Below, in pieces: positions 21,358 to 27,885 of a DNA stretch of 40,000 nucleotides. Numbering within the stretch: the first letter of the stretch is position 1; each line of letters starts with the position of its first letter. Where the stretch lies: positions 31,737 through 71,736 of the forward strand of contig DVLZ01000025.1 in the NCBI GenBank assembly GCA_018715245.1, read 5' to 3'. This DNA is from Candidatus Aphodousia faecavium (GTDB lineage: Bacteria; Pseudomonadota; Gammaproteobacteria; Burkholderiales; Burkholderiaceae_F). Position numbers and translations under genes: made by a program. Under the pieces are notes generated by a model. It was not told the DNA's origin. It made no database searches and saw only the letters and a program-made list of their open reading frames with translations.

Positions 21358-21940
21358 GATGCTTCTCCAGCAGTCTATTGAAAATCTGATTACTGCTGCG
21401 AGTCAGTGGTTTTTCCAACAAAGCATTGCTGATTCTAAAATGCTCTGCTATTTGCTCTATCAGTGCACTTAGTTCATATACCCGGAGATTGACAGCGGAC
21501 AGTTTTTCGATACATTCACCAACACAAGCTCGATTAATTCCTGATTGATCAAGCCTCTGTATCGTATTCTCTAAAGATCTTTCTGTTAAGCGCAGAACAA
21601 AAAGAGCCATGTCGGACACAACATCTATGCTGTCCCCTACATGTTCTCGTTTGAATGTTGGATCGTTGATTTGGGAAATCAATACCTGGTCTGCGTACTT
21701 TAGATTTTCGCAAAGTCCGGCAACTTCCTGCTCAATGCAAGAAAGTTGAGTGTTGATGGAACCAATCACAACATCAAATTGGTGGTCAACTTGAACCTTG
21801 ATGCTCTCTTGTTTAAGGGCATCAACAACAGCCGTACTCACTCGTTCAGTTAGCTTGGCTGTTTTGTCAAGCACCTTTCTACCGACATTGAGATCTAGCT
21901 CAAATCCGGCATTGAAAGAATTGATGGCAAGTGCAGTCAT
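21350..21940 (-). CDS. Orphan helical protein, upstream partner of the RelE-like gene (start uncertain: ATG 21940 or TTG 22015)
   Basis: The product is 196-221 aa. Its stop overlaps the downstream GTG (GTGGCTAA). The composition is leucine/glutamate/isoleucine-rich and helical. I recognise no DNA-binding motif. It ends ..NRLLEKHRG. Confidence 0.6.
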   Translation of the reverse strand: MTALAINSFNAGFELDLNVGRKVLDKTAKLTERVSTAVVDALKQESIKVQVDHQFDVVIGSINTQLSCIEQEVAGLCENLKYADQVLISQINDPTFKREHVGDSIDVVSDMALFVLRLTERSLENTIQRLDQSGINRACVGECIEKLSAVNLRVYELSALIEQIAEHFRISNALLEKPLTRSSNQIFNRLLEKHRG

Positions 21941-22038
21941 TGGATAACCGTTAAAATCGGCACAAAGCGTACCGGCAACAGAACAAGGCCGAAGGGAAAA
22001 ACCCTCAGCCGCCAAAAGTACTCGTGAGATACGATTTA

Positions 22039-22067
22039 ATTTTAAAAAAACAAGGCCCTTTTATCAA
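22039..22067 (-). promoter_or_regulatory. Near-consensus sigma-70 promoter for the two-gene cargo operon (TTGATA-17 nt-TAAAAT)
   Basis: On the minus strand, TTGATA is at 22067-22062 and TAAAAT at 22044-22039. The spacer aaagggccttgtttttt is 17 nt. Confidence 0.6.
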
Positions 22068-22143
22068 CTTTCAAGAATCTTAAAGCTGCTTTTAAAGTAA
22101 CAACTCAAAAAGTAGCCCATCTAACCCCTGATTTTATTATGTG

Positions 22144-22165
22144 TCGAATCCTCTCACCCCGACCA
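22144..22165 (+). other. tRNA-Pro 3' fragment = candidate attR core of the prophage
   Basis: The sequence tcgaatcctctcaccccgacca comprises T-loop, 3' T-stem, 7-nt acceptor strand, discriminator A and CCA. It is very close to the E. coli tRNA-Pro end GGTTCGAATCCTCTATCACCGACCA as I recall it. The 55 nt upstream have no D or anticodon arm, so this is a fragment and not a gene. A terminator follows it. Confidence 0.7.
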
Positions 22166-22179
22166 TCTAAATTCTTAAA

Positions 22180-22202
22180 GCGACTGCCCGAGTCGCTTTT
22201 TT
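22180..22202 (+). terminator. Intrinsic terminator of the (displaced) tRNA gene; also faces the ATPase 3' end
   Basis: The sequence is GCGACT-gcccg-AGTCGC followed by TTTTTT, located 14 nt after the CCA. Confidence 0.75.
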
Positions 22203-22203
22203 G

Positions 22204-24084
22204 TTATTTACTCGCCTCAAATCGTAGCAACGATGCCGAATGAATAATCACCAATACGGACCCTGCATTGTGTACGAGCGCTCCCACTACCGGTCCCATC
22301 CAGCCTCCCATAGCCAAGACAATGGCTACAAAATTAATCGTCATCGCCAATGTCAGGTTAATCTTGATGACCTTCATCATTTTCCGTGACAATCTGATTA
22401 GCATTGGGATGCCTTCGATGCGGTCACTCACAGCCACAATATCGGCCGCTTCTACGGCAATTCCGCTACCGATTCCTCCCATTGCAATTCCAACATGGGC
22501 ACACTTGAGAGCCGGTGCGTCATTAATTCCGTCGCCGACTATCAATAGTTTATGATTTTGGCGGTCTTCATTTTTTACGTAGGCCAACTTTGTTTCAGGC
22601 AAACATCCGGCAATTACTTTCTTAATACCGACAGTCTGCGCAACGTGTTGGGCTGCCGATTCTTTATCTCCGGTGAGAAGAATCGGTTCTGTGCCTAAAG
22701 AATTCAATTTTGAGACAACCTCTCCGGCAAACGGCCTGATTTTGTCTTCCAGAGCCAGAAAGCCAACTATTTGAGAATCTAACAGTACATACGAAATACT
22801 TTGACCGTGACGCGAAGCCTCTTCGGCTTGCTTGATCATCTCTTTCTCTTGTGGATCAAACGATCGATTTTCGTTGACCAGTTTCAGACTTCCGACTTCT
22901 ACGAGCCGATTCTGTATGATCGCTTTAACTCCCAAACCCGGTAACATCTCAAAACCGATCGGTTCAAAAAGCTTGCCTGCATCTGCCTGACTGTTATAAC
23001 TTTTGATAATTGCCTTTCCTAGCGGATGTTCGCTGAGCTTTTCCACAGAAGCCGCCAACGTGTAAACCTCTTTTGCTGTGAAACCTTTTTTCGCTACCAC
23101 CTGTACCACAACCGGTTTGCCTTCTGTGAGGGTTCCTGTCTTATCAAACGCAGTTTTTCTCACCTCTGCCAATCGCTCAAGTGCATCACCGGCTCTGACT
23201 AAAAAGCCCTTACGCGTGGCGTTTCCGATTGCCGCCATCACGGCTGTCGGCGTCGCCAGCACCAATGCACATGGACAAAAGACCACCAAAATTGTCACTG
23301 CTCGAACAACTTCATCGGTTATATACCAAGTTATCGCTGCTGAAGTTAACGCAGCTACGACAACCCAAGTTGCCCACTGATCGGCCAGGCGAACAATTTT
23401 CGTTTTATTGGCATCTGCACTTTCGACCAAGGCAATGAGACGATTGACCGAACTCTCCTTACCTACTTTGGTCGCACGCATTTCAAAAGCCCCGAAGCGG
23501 TTAATCGTTCCGCTCATGACCTCATCTCCGACTCCTTTATCTACGGGCATCGGTTCTCCCGTCATCACCGATTCATCGATTGCCGTTGTCCCTTTGATAA
23601 CCACTCCATCAGTCGGCACTTTTTCCCCAGGCAAAACCTCAAGAACATCATCGACCAAAACCTCATCGGCTGGTATTATCATTGTTTTTGACTGTCGTCT
23701 AACTCGAGTCGTTTCAGGAGAAAGTTTGACTAACTCCGCGATACCGGCACGGGCTTTTTCAACGGTTAATTCTTCAAGAAATGAACCGATGGTCATAATC
23801 CAGGCAATTTCACCTGCTGCAAAAGTCTCACCAATAATGACAGAGGCGATTAATGCCATTGAAACCAATACGTCGGCTTTTATATCAAAGCGGCTCACCA
23901 GCCCTTCTATGGCCTCTTTGATAATGGGAATTCCACACAAAACAATACTTACCCAAGCCGGATCAACAGGGCAGGATCCTTCGGGCAAAAAGAAACTGAC
24001 ACCCAGGGCCAGTCCGGAAATAATCAGAAAAACAATTGTTCGTCTTTCTTCGCCATTGACCCATTCGGGCACACGCCAATTCAT
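22204..24084 (-). CDS. Heavy-metal P1B-type ATPase (CPC motif, no N-terminal metal-binding domain)
   Basis: The motifs present are FCPCALVLATP, FDKTGTLT, LLTGD and VGDGINDAPALK. There is no CxxC HMA domain. The last TM region reads VGALVHNAGSVLVIIHSAS. The start is probably ATG 24084, with GGAGAG 4-5 nt upstream. The track start at 24096 has no SD. Confidence 0.85.
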   Translation of the reverse strand: MNWRVPEWVNGEERRTIVFLIISGLALGVSFFLPEGSCPVDPAWVSIVLCGIPIIKEAIEGLVSRFDIKADVLVSMALIASVIIGETFAAGEIAWIMTIGSFLEELTVEKARAGIAELVKLSPETTRVRRQSKTMIIPADEVLVDDVLEVLPGEKVPTDGVVIKGTTAIDESVMTGEPMPVDKGVGDEVMSGTINRFGAFEMRATKVGKESSVNRLIALVESADANKTKIVRLADQWATWVVVAALTSAAITWYITDEVVRAVTILVVFCPCALVLATPTAVMAAIGNATRKGFLVRAGDALERLAEVRKTAFDKTGTLTEGKPVVVQVVAKKGFTAKEVYTLAASVEKLSEHPLGKAIIKSYNSQADAGKLFEPIGFEMLPGLGVKAIIQNRLVEVGSLKLVNENRSFDPQEKEMIKQAEEASRHGQSISYVLLDSQIVGFLALEDKIRPFAGEVVSKLNSLGTEPILLTGDKESAAQHVAQTVGIKKVIAGCLPETKLAYVKNEDRQNHKLLIVGDGINDAPALKCAHVGIAMGGIGSGIAVEAADIVAVSDRIEGIPMLIRLSRKMMKVIKINLTLAMTINFVAIVLAMGGWMGPVVGALVHNAGSVLVIIHSASLLRFEASK

Positions 24085-24101
24085 AACACTCTCCATTTTT
24101 A

Positions 24102-24123
24102 ATACCTATACCCCTATAGGTAT
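24102..24123. promoter_or_regulatory. CsoR/RcnR-type operator: ATACCTATA-CCCC-TATAGGTAT
   Basis: This is a perfect 9-bp inverted repeat around a C4/G4 tract, the known architecture of CsoR/RcnR-family sites. It lies just downstream of the -10 of the ATPase promoter. Confidence 0.7.
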
Positions 24124-24129
24124 TGATAA

Positions 24130-24159
24130 AGTCTAAACCTGAGCTTAAGTACCTGTCAA
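24130..24159 (-). promoter_or_regulatory. ATPase promoter TTGACA-18 nt-TAGACT
   Basis: On the minus strand, TTGACA is at 24159-24154 and TAGACT at 24135-24130. The promoter lies in the csoR-ATPase intergenic region. Confidence 0.55.
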
Positions 24160-24173
24160 TTAATCACTAACGA

Positions 24174-24449
24174 TTAAGAAAGGCGAGAGAAATGTTCAAT
24201 AGCTTTGGCAAAGTCTCGAATTGTCTTATCGACATCACCGTGCTCTATGCCTTCTTTGACACAGTGATTAAGGTGACCCTCCAGAATGATTTGACCGACT
24301 TTGTGAAGAGCCCCCTTGGCAGCGTTAACTTGCATAAGAATATTTTCACAAGGGACGTCCTCATCGATCATCCGATCAATAGCATTGACCTGACCCATGA
24401 TTTTTTTCAATCTTTTATGAAGATTGTCAGCATCCATACATTGGCGCAC
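24174..24449 (-). CDS. CsoR/RcnR/FrmR-family metal-sensing repressor
   Basis: The sequence ..LHKRLKKIMGQVNAIDRMIDEDVPCENILMQVNAAKGALHKVGQIILEGHLNHCV.. shows a C...H-x3-C ligand pattern of the CsoR type. The start is GTG 24449 (GGAG 8 nt upstream) or ATG 24437. The track start at 24545 would overlap the OLD gene by 71 nt. Confidence 0.8.
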   Translation of the reverse strand: MRQCMDADNLHKRLKKIMGQVNAIDRMIDEDVPCENILMQVNAAKGALHKVGQIILEGHLNHCVKEGIEHGDVDKTIRDFAKAIEHFSRLS

Positions 24450-24474
24450 AGAAAGCACTCCGAGAAAAATTTTC

Positions 24475-26217
24475 TTAAGTATAACTAACCGTTTCAGTTT
24501 CAGAATCTTTCTTTGTTTTGCCGAGCCAAAGAGAAATTTGTTCAAATGCTTTCCTGACCGCTATCGGCAACATATTGTCAACAGACTGGTTATAGGGGTT
24601 TTGAGCAATAATTTCTCCCAAGAATCCAGAATATTCTGCTTTCTTTTTCTCAAGTTTGCGTTTTAGATCCCTCGGGGCCAACGCCATCATGCGCTCGTAC
24701 TGAAGGTGCTTGGATTTGGGCGAAGTGTTTGTTGAACCGTTACAGGCCCAAAGTGCATCGTAAATTTCGCGATTAAGTCCTGTCTTGTAAACCAACTCGC
24801 CTTCGATTGCCAAACCGGGAGAGAGGAAAAACACTCCGCTTTGATTGTCCTGTGCTCGGCTGTGAACCCTTCTTTCCGTGTCACTTAATTGTTTCAGGAC
24901 CACATGTCGGGCATCTCCGTCATTATCACTGATCACACAAAACGGCTTTTTAAGACTGAGCGCCAACATTAGAAACGGTGCATAACTTTTACCGTCCACC
25001 CCGATGATGCTGATCCCATAGGTGCTGGGATCTTCTCCAAAATAAGCCTGAAACATCCCTCGTATGAGTTGCTCTTCGGTAACCCCTTCCACAAAAATCA
25101 GACCCGTAGCAAAGAGTACTTCGGCTCTGAAACGCAAAATAAGCCGTTTAATGACCCGAGTTTCCATAGGATCAATATTTTGAGGTAACCACCGTACCCG
25201 AATGTCTTCACCAACCCGCAACATGCTGCGAAACTCATGAGGCTCAGATACTGAGGCTACGTACGGTGAATGGGTGGAAACTACACATTGGTGAGATAGC
25301 GATTTGAGACGAGTCATCAGTGCGCGTTGAGCGTTAGGGTGCAAATGAATTTCCGGTTCCTCTGCAGCAATCAGCATAAAAAGCGGCTTCTGAGATAACT
25401 GTGCATGCTTTGCCAACAAATCCACTAAAACAACAATAGACAGAATGGCGACGCTTTTTTGACTGCCCTTACCCTGAAGGACCGAAAACGGAATGATTTT
25501 CTCGGAGTCACTTTTTACTAAAGAGAAGAACGCTTCAATATTATCAGCCGTCAATGCGACTCCCTGAGGCAAGCCGGTTCCAGGTCCTTCTAGTGTTTGA
25601 CTCAAAGAGTCCAACATCGCCTTTAAGTCCTCAATCGGCTTAACTCCATAATCAGGGTGTTTTTTCAGTACAGTACTTAACTCATTGACCGTCAGACTGA
25701 CAAACGATTTTTCATTTTTAAGATCTTCTCTGAGGTTTTCCTCAGCATCAATACTCACAAACTGAATAGCATGGGGTAGCACATCGATAGCCTCTCCGAG
25801 CCGGGCGGCATCCCAATGCAGTATCTCATAGCGTGCTTTTGTGATTACCCCATTGTCATGGCGAGTAAACACTGTCCTGAAAGCCATGTATTCGCGTCGA
25901 TAATGGTCCCTGCGAATTAAACCCGCAAACTCTTTTTGCCACCGATCAGGAAACATCGACAAACGATTCGATTGCGGGTTAATCGGCACAAAACGCACAT
26001 CGACCCATAATTCTTTGGCAAAGGTGCCGACAGCATCCATGTGAAAATCTTCTTTCTGAACGGAAGTTTCATCACTCAAAGCCAATTCAAGCGCTTTTAA
26101 AACCGTGCTTTTGCCACAATTATTCGCACCAAGCAAAACCGTTGTGCGACCCAAGGGCATCTGCAAAGTGCGGATGCTTCTGAAGCCGTTAATGCGTATG
26201 CGATCGATAACAATCAT
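24475..26217 (-). CDS. OLD-family nuclease (ABC-type ATPase + C-terminal Toprim), single-gene / GajA-like architecture
   Basis: The product is 580 aa. The ATPase motifs are Walker A GANNCGKST, signature-like GKGSQKS, Walker B LFMLIAAEEPEIHLHP and H-loop STHSP. The Toprim motifs are FVEGVTEE and CVISDNDGD. Confidence 0.85.
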   Translation of the reverse strand: MIVIDRIRINGFRSIRTLQMPLGRTTVLLGANNCGKSTVLKALELALSDETSVQKEDFHMDAVGTFAKELWVDVRFVPINPQSNRLSMFPDRWQKEFAGLIRRDHYRREYMAFRTVFTRHDNGVITKARYEILHWDAARLGEAIDVLPHAIQFVSIDAEENLREDLKNEKSFVSLTVNELSTVLKKHPDYGVKPIEDLKAMLDSLSQTLEGPGTGLPQGVALTADNIEAFFSLVKSDSEKIIPFSVLQGKGSQKSVAILSIVVLVDLLAKHAQLSQKPLFMLIAAEEPEIHLHPNAQRALMTRLKSLSHQCVVSTHSPYVASVSEPHEFRSMLRVGEDIRVRWLPQNIDPMETRVIKRLILRFRAEVLFATGLIFVEGVTEEQLIRGMFQAYFGEDPSTYGISIIGVDGKSYAPFLMLALSLKKPFCVISDNDGDARHVVLKQLSDTERRVHSRAQDNQSGVFFLSPGLAIEGELVYKTGLNREIYDALWACNGSTNTSPKSKHLQYERMMALAPRDLKRKLEKKKAEYSGFLGEIIAQNPYNQSVDNMLPIAVRKAFEQISLWLGKTKKDSETETVSYT

Positions 26218-26325
26218 GATGGATCAATCCTGTCTTTTTTCCATTGTAGCGTTTTTGAGTTCTGGCAATCTAGAGCTTTCCGATGGACTCCCCTAAAATA
26301 AAAATGAGGTGAAAAGGAGCCCTTT

Positions 26326-27450
26326 ATGCGCGAATACACAGAAATTGAAACCATCACTCAGTTGTTGGGACTTGTCACAGAACCCGGTCACATTGACCAT
26401 CATGTTTTTCAAAATATTGACTTCACAGATCTGGCTGATTTAGCTGCTCAGTCAACCTACTCAGACTGTCTTTTCCTCGGATGCGTCTTGCCTGAGAGTT
26501 TTTCCAAAACGCTTGATAAATCCAATCTGATCTTTCCTAAATTGGATGCGCCTTTTGACATTTACAGAAGCTATCTGTATTCCTCCAATTCACTTTATTC
26601 GGGCTTCGATATCCGAGATGAGAGCAGCATTGAAAATACCTATGACCGTCGCGTCTACCGGCACTATCTGCAAACCGGGGTGTTTTCCAAAAACATTAAA
26701 GAAACGCTCTCGCGGTACCTTCACGACCACTCAATGAGCAATGCAATCAAAGATTTTCTGTCCAATTACCATGAGCGGCAGATTGTGGGAATCATGGGCG
26801 GTCACGACTTACTGCGTACAGATCCCTTTTACCGCCAAATTGTGCTCTTAAGTAAACGTCTGACCGAGATGGGATTCATCATGGTGAGCGGAGGCGGGGC
26901 CGGGGCAATGGAGGCTACACACTTGGGAGCGTGGTTAGCCAAACGCTCTTTGAAAGAAGTTGATGAAGCACTGGAAATTCTGTCTGAAGCGCCAAGCTGG
27001 CAGGATGCGGGATGGTTAAAGACGGCTTTCATTGTGAAACTGAAGATGCGTCAGACGCACTTCATCAGCCTGGGCGTTCCCACGTGGCTCTATGGACATG
27101 AGCCGGCAACACCTTTTGCCACACATATTGCTAAGTTTTTTGATAACAGTATCCGAGAAGACACCATCCTCAATATCACCCGAGGCGGTTTAATTTACAC
27201 ACCGGGTAGTGCCGGCACCGTTCAGGAGATTTTCCAGGCAGCTGTTCCGAACCACTATAAAACTTACGGTTACTCAAGTTTAATGGTGTTCCTTGGAGTT
27301 GATTTCTGGCGCAAGGAAATGCCGGTTTACCCACTCATTGAACATTTGGTCGAAACCGGAAAGTACAACGGTTTACGAATATCCATCACCGACAATATTG
27401 AAGAAGTGGTGCAAACCGTTAAAACTTTCAGACCACAAAAAGGTCAATAA
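26326..27450 (+). CDS. LOG-family (TIGR00730-like Rossmann) protein with a ~150-aa N-terminal extension
   Basis: The product is 374 aa, with AAAGGAG upstream. The LOG motifs are VSGGGAGAMEA and TPGSAGTVQE (canonical PGGxGTxxE). I do not recognise the N-terminal region (..HHVFQNIDFTDLADLAAQSTYSDCLFLGCVL..). Confidence 0.7.
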   Translation: MREYTEIETITQLLGLVTEPGHIDHHVFQNIDFTDLADLAAQSTYSDCLFLGCVLPESFSKTLDKSNLIFPKLDAPFDIYRSYLYSSNSLYSGFDIRDESSIENTYDRRVYRHYLQTGVFSKNIKETLSRYLHDHSMSNAIKDFLSNYHERQIVGIMGGHDLLRTDPFYRQIVLLSKRLTEMGFIMVSGGGAGAMEATHLGAWLAKRSLKEVDEALEILSEAPSWQDAGWLKTAFIVKLKMRQTHFISLGVPTWLYGHEPATPFATHIAKFFDNSIREDTILNITRGGLIYTPGSAGTVQEIFQAAVPNHYKTYGYSSLMVFLGVDFWRKEMPVYPLIEHLVETGKYNGLRISITDNIEEVVQTVKTFRPQKGQ

Positions 27451-27453
27451 TGC

Positions 27454-27810
27454 CTAGCGGTTGAGTGTTTTTTCCAACGAAAGCGCAATCGCTTTTAAGT
27501 GTTTTTCTACCCGATCAAGTTCCTCGCGTCTTTTGGCTACTTGTTGCAAATAGCCTTTGACCTGGGCGAGCAACCATTCGTTGCCGAGAGAGGGATTATC
27601 TCGGTATTCTAAAAACCGCTCGATACACTCCAATTTCATGCCGTTGGTGCGACAATCCATAATAAAGCGCAAACGCTCTACATCCTTTCCCGAATAACTT
27701 CTTTGCCCGCCGAGGTTCCGAGCGATATCGGGCAACACCCCTTTTTGCTCATAAAAACGAATAGTTCCGATCGGACAACCGGTCAATTTTGATAATTCAC
27801 CTATTCTCAT
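27454..27810 (-). CDS. MerR-family transcriptional regulator
   Basis: The N-terminal MerR HTH is MRIGELSKLTGCPIGTIRFYEQKGVL. A C-terminal coiled coil follows. The gene is divergent from the MBL gene. Confidence 0.85.
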   Translation of the reverse strand: MRIGELSKLTGCPIGTIRFYEQKGVLPDIARNLGGQRSYSGKDVERLRFIMDCRTNGMKLECIERFLEYRDNPSLGNEWLLAQVKGYLQQVAKRREELDRVEKHLKAIALSLEKTLNR

Positions 27811-27820
27811 ATCAACAAAC

Positions 27821-27851
27821 TTGAAGCTACAGTAGCTTTAGATTTTAAACT
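27821..27851 (+). promoter_or_regulatory. MerR-type promoter: TTGAAG-19 nt-TAAACT with dyad AAGCTAC-A-GTAGCTT in the spacer
   Basis: The -35 is at 27821-27826, the 19-nt spacer at 27827-27845 and the -10 at 27846-27851. The perfect 7-1-7 palindrome is at 27824-27838. Over-long 19-bp spacers with a central dyad are the MerR hallmark. Confidence 0.65.
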
Positions 27852-27885
27852 CTCTTTACACAAAAGCACAAAGAGAGGATATACC

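Larger units (their letters stand above)
1..22165. mobile_element. Integrated temperate phage, right-hand ~22 kb (left end outside window)
   Basis: There is a contiguous minus-strand late operon (packaging, head, connector, contractile tail), plus replication and cI/cro immunity modules. The element ends at a tRNA-Pro 3' fragment (22144-22165). Hand G+C counts: 34/60 at 5101-5160 in the phage, against 25/60 at 33001-33060 and 28/60 at 25441-25500 in the host part. Confidence 0.85.

Noticed and set aside
22085-22165. A complete tRNA-Pro gene
   Set aside because: Only the T-loop to CCA portion is present. The upstream sequence (caactcaaaaagtagcccatctaacccctgattttattatgtg) cannot form acceptor, D or anticodon arms and lacks the complementary CGGGGTG 5' strand.
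20300-22165. Search for an integrase or recombinase next to the Xis-like gene and attR
   Set aside because: No ORF in this interval, on either strand, has tyrosine- or serine-recombinase features. The integrase is therefore not called in this window.
22204-24096. Naming the ATPase copA and the regulator csoR as copper-specific
   Set aside because: The C-H-C ligand set and the CPC motif are compatible with Cu(I). However, the ATPase lacks HMA domains and its TM signature did not match the subgroup patterns I remember. Only family-level calls are given.
24174-24545. 123-aa form of the CsoR-like ORF
   Set aside because: The first 32-36 codons (MNKFLFGSAKQRKILKLKRLVILKKIF..) overlap the OLD gene 3' end by 71 nt and lie outside the conserved CsoR fold. 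GTG 24449 has a GGAG at the proper distance.
24475-26217. Calling the OLD protein Gabija GajA, PARIS AriA/AriB or a retron effector
   Set aside because: No UvrD-like GajB, no separate Toprim/DUF4435 partner and no reverse transcriptase or ncRNA-like repeats are adjacent. Only the family-level OLD architecture is supported.
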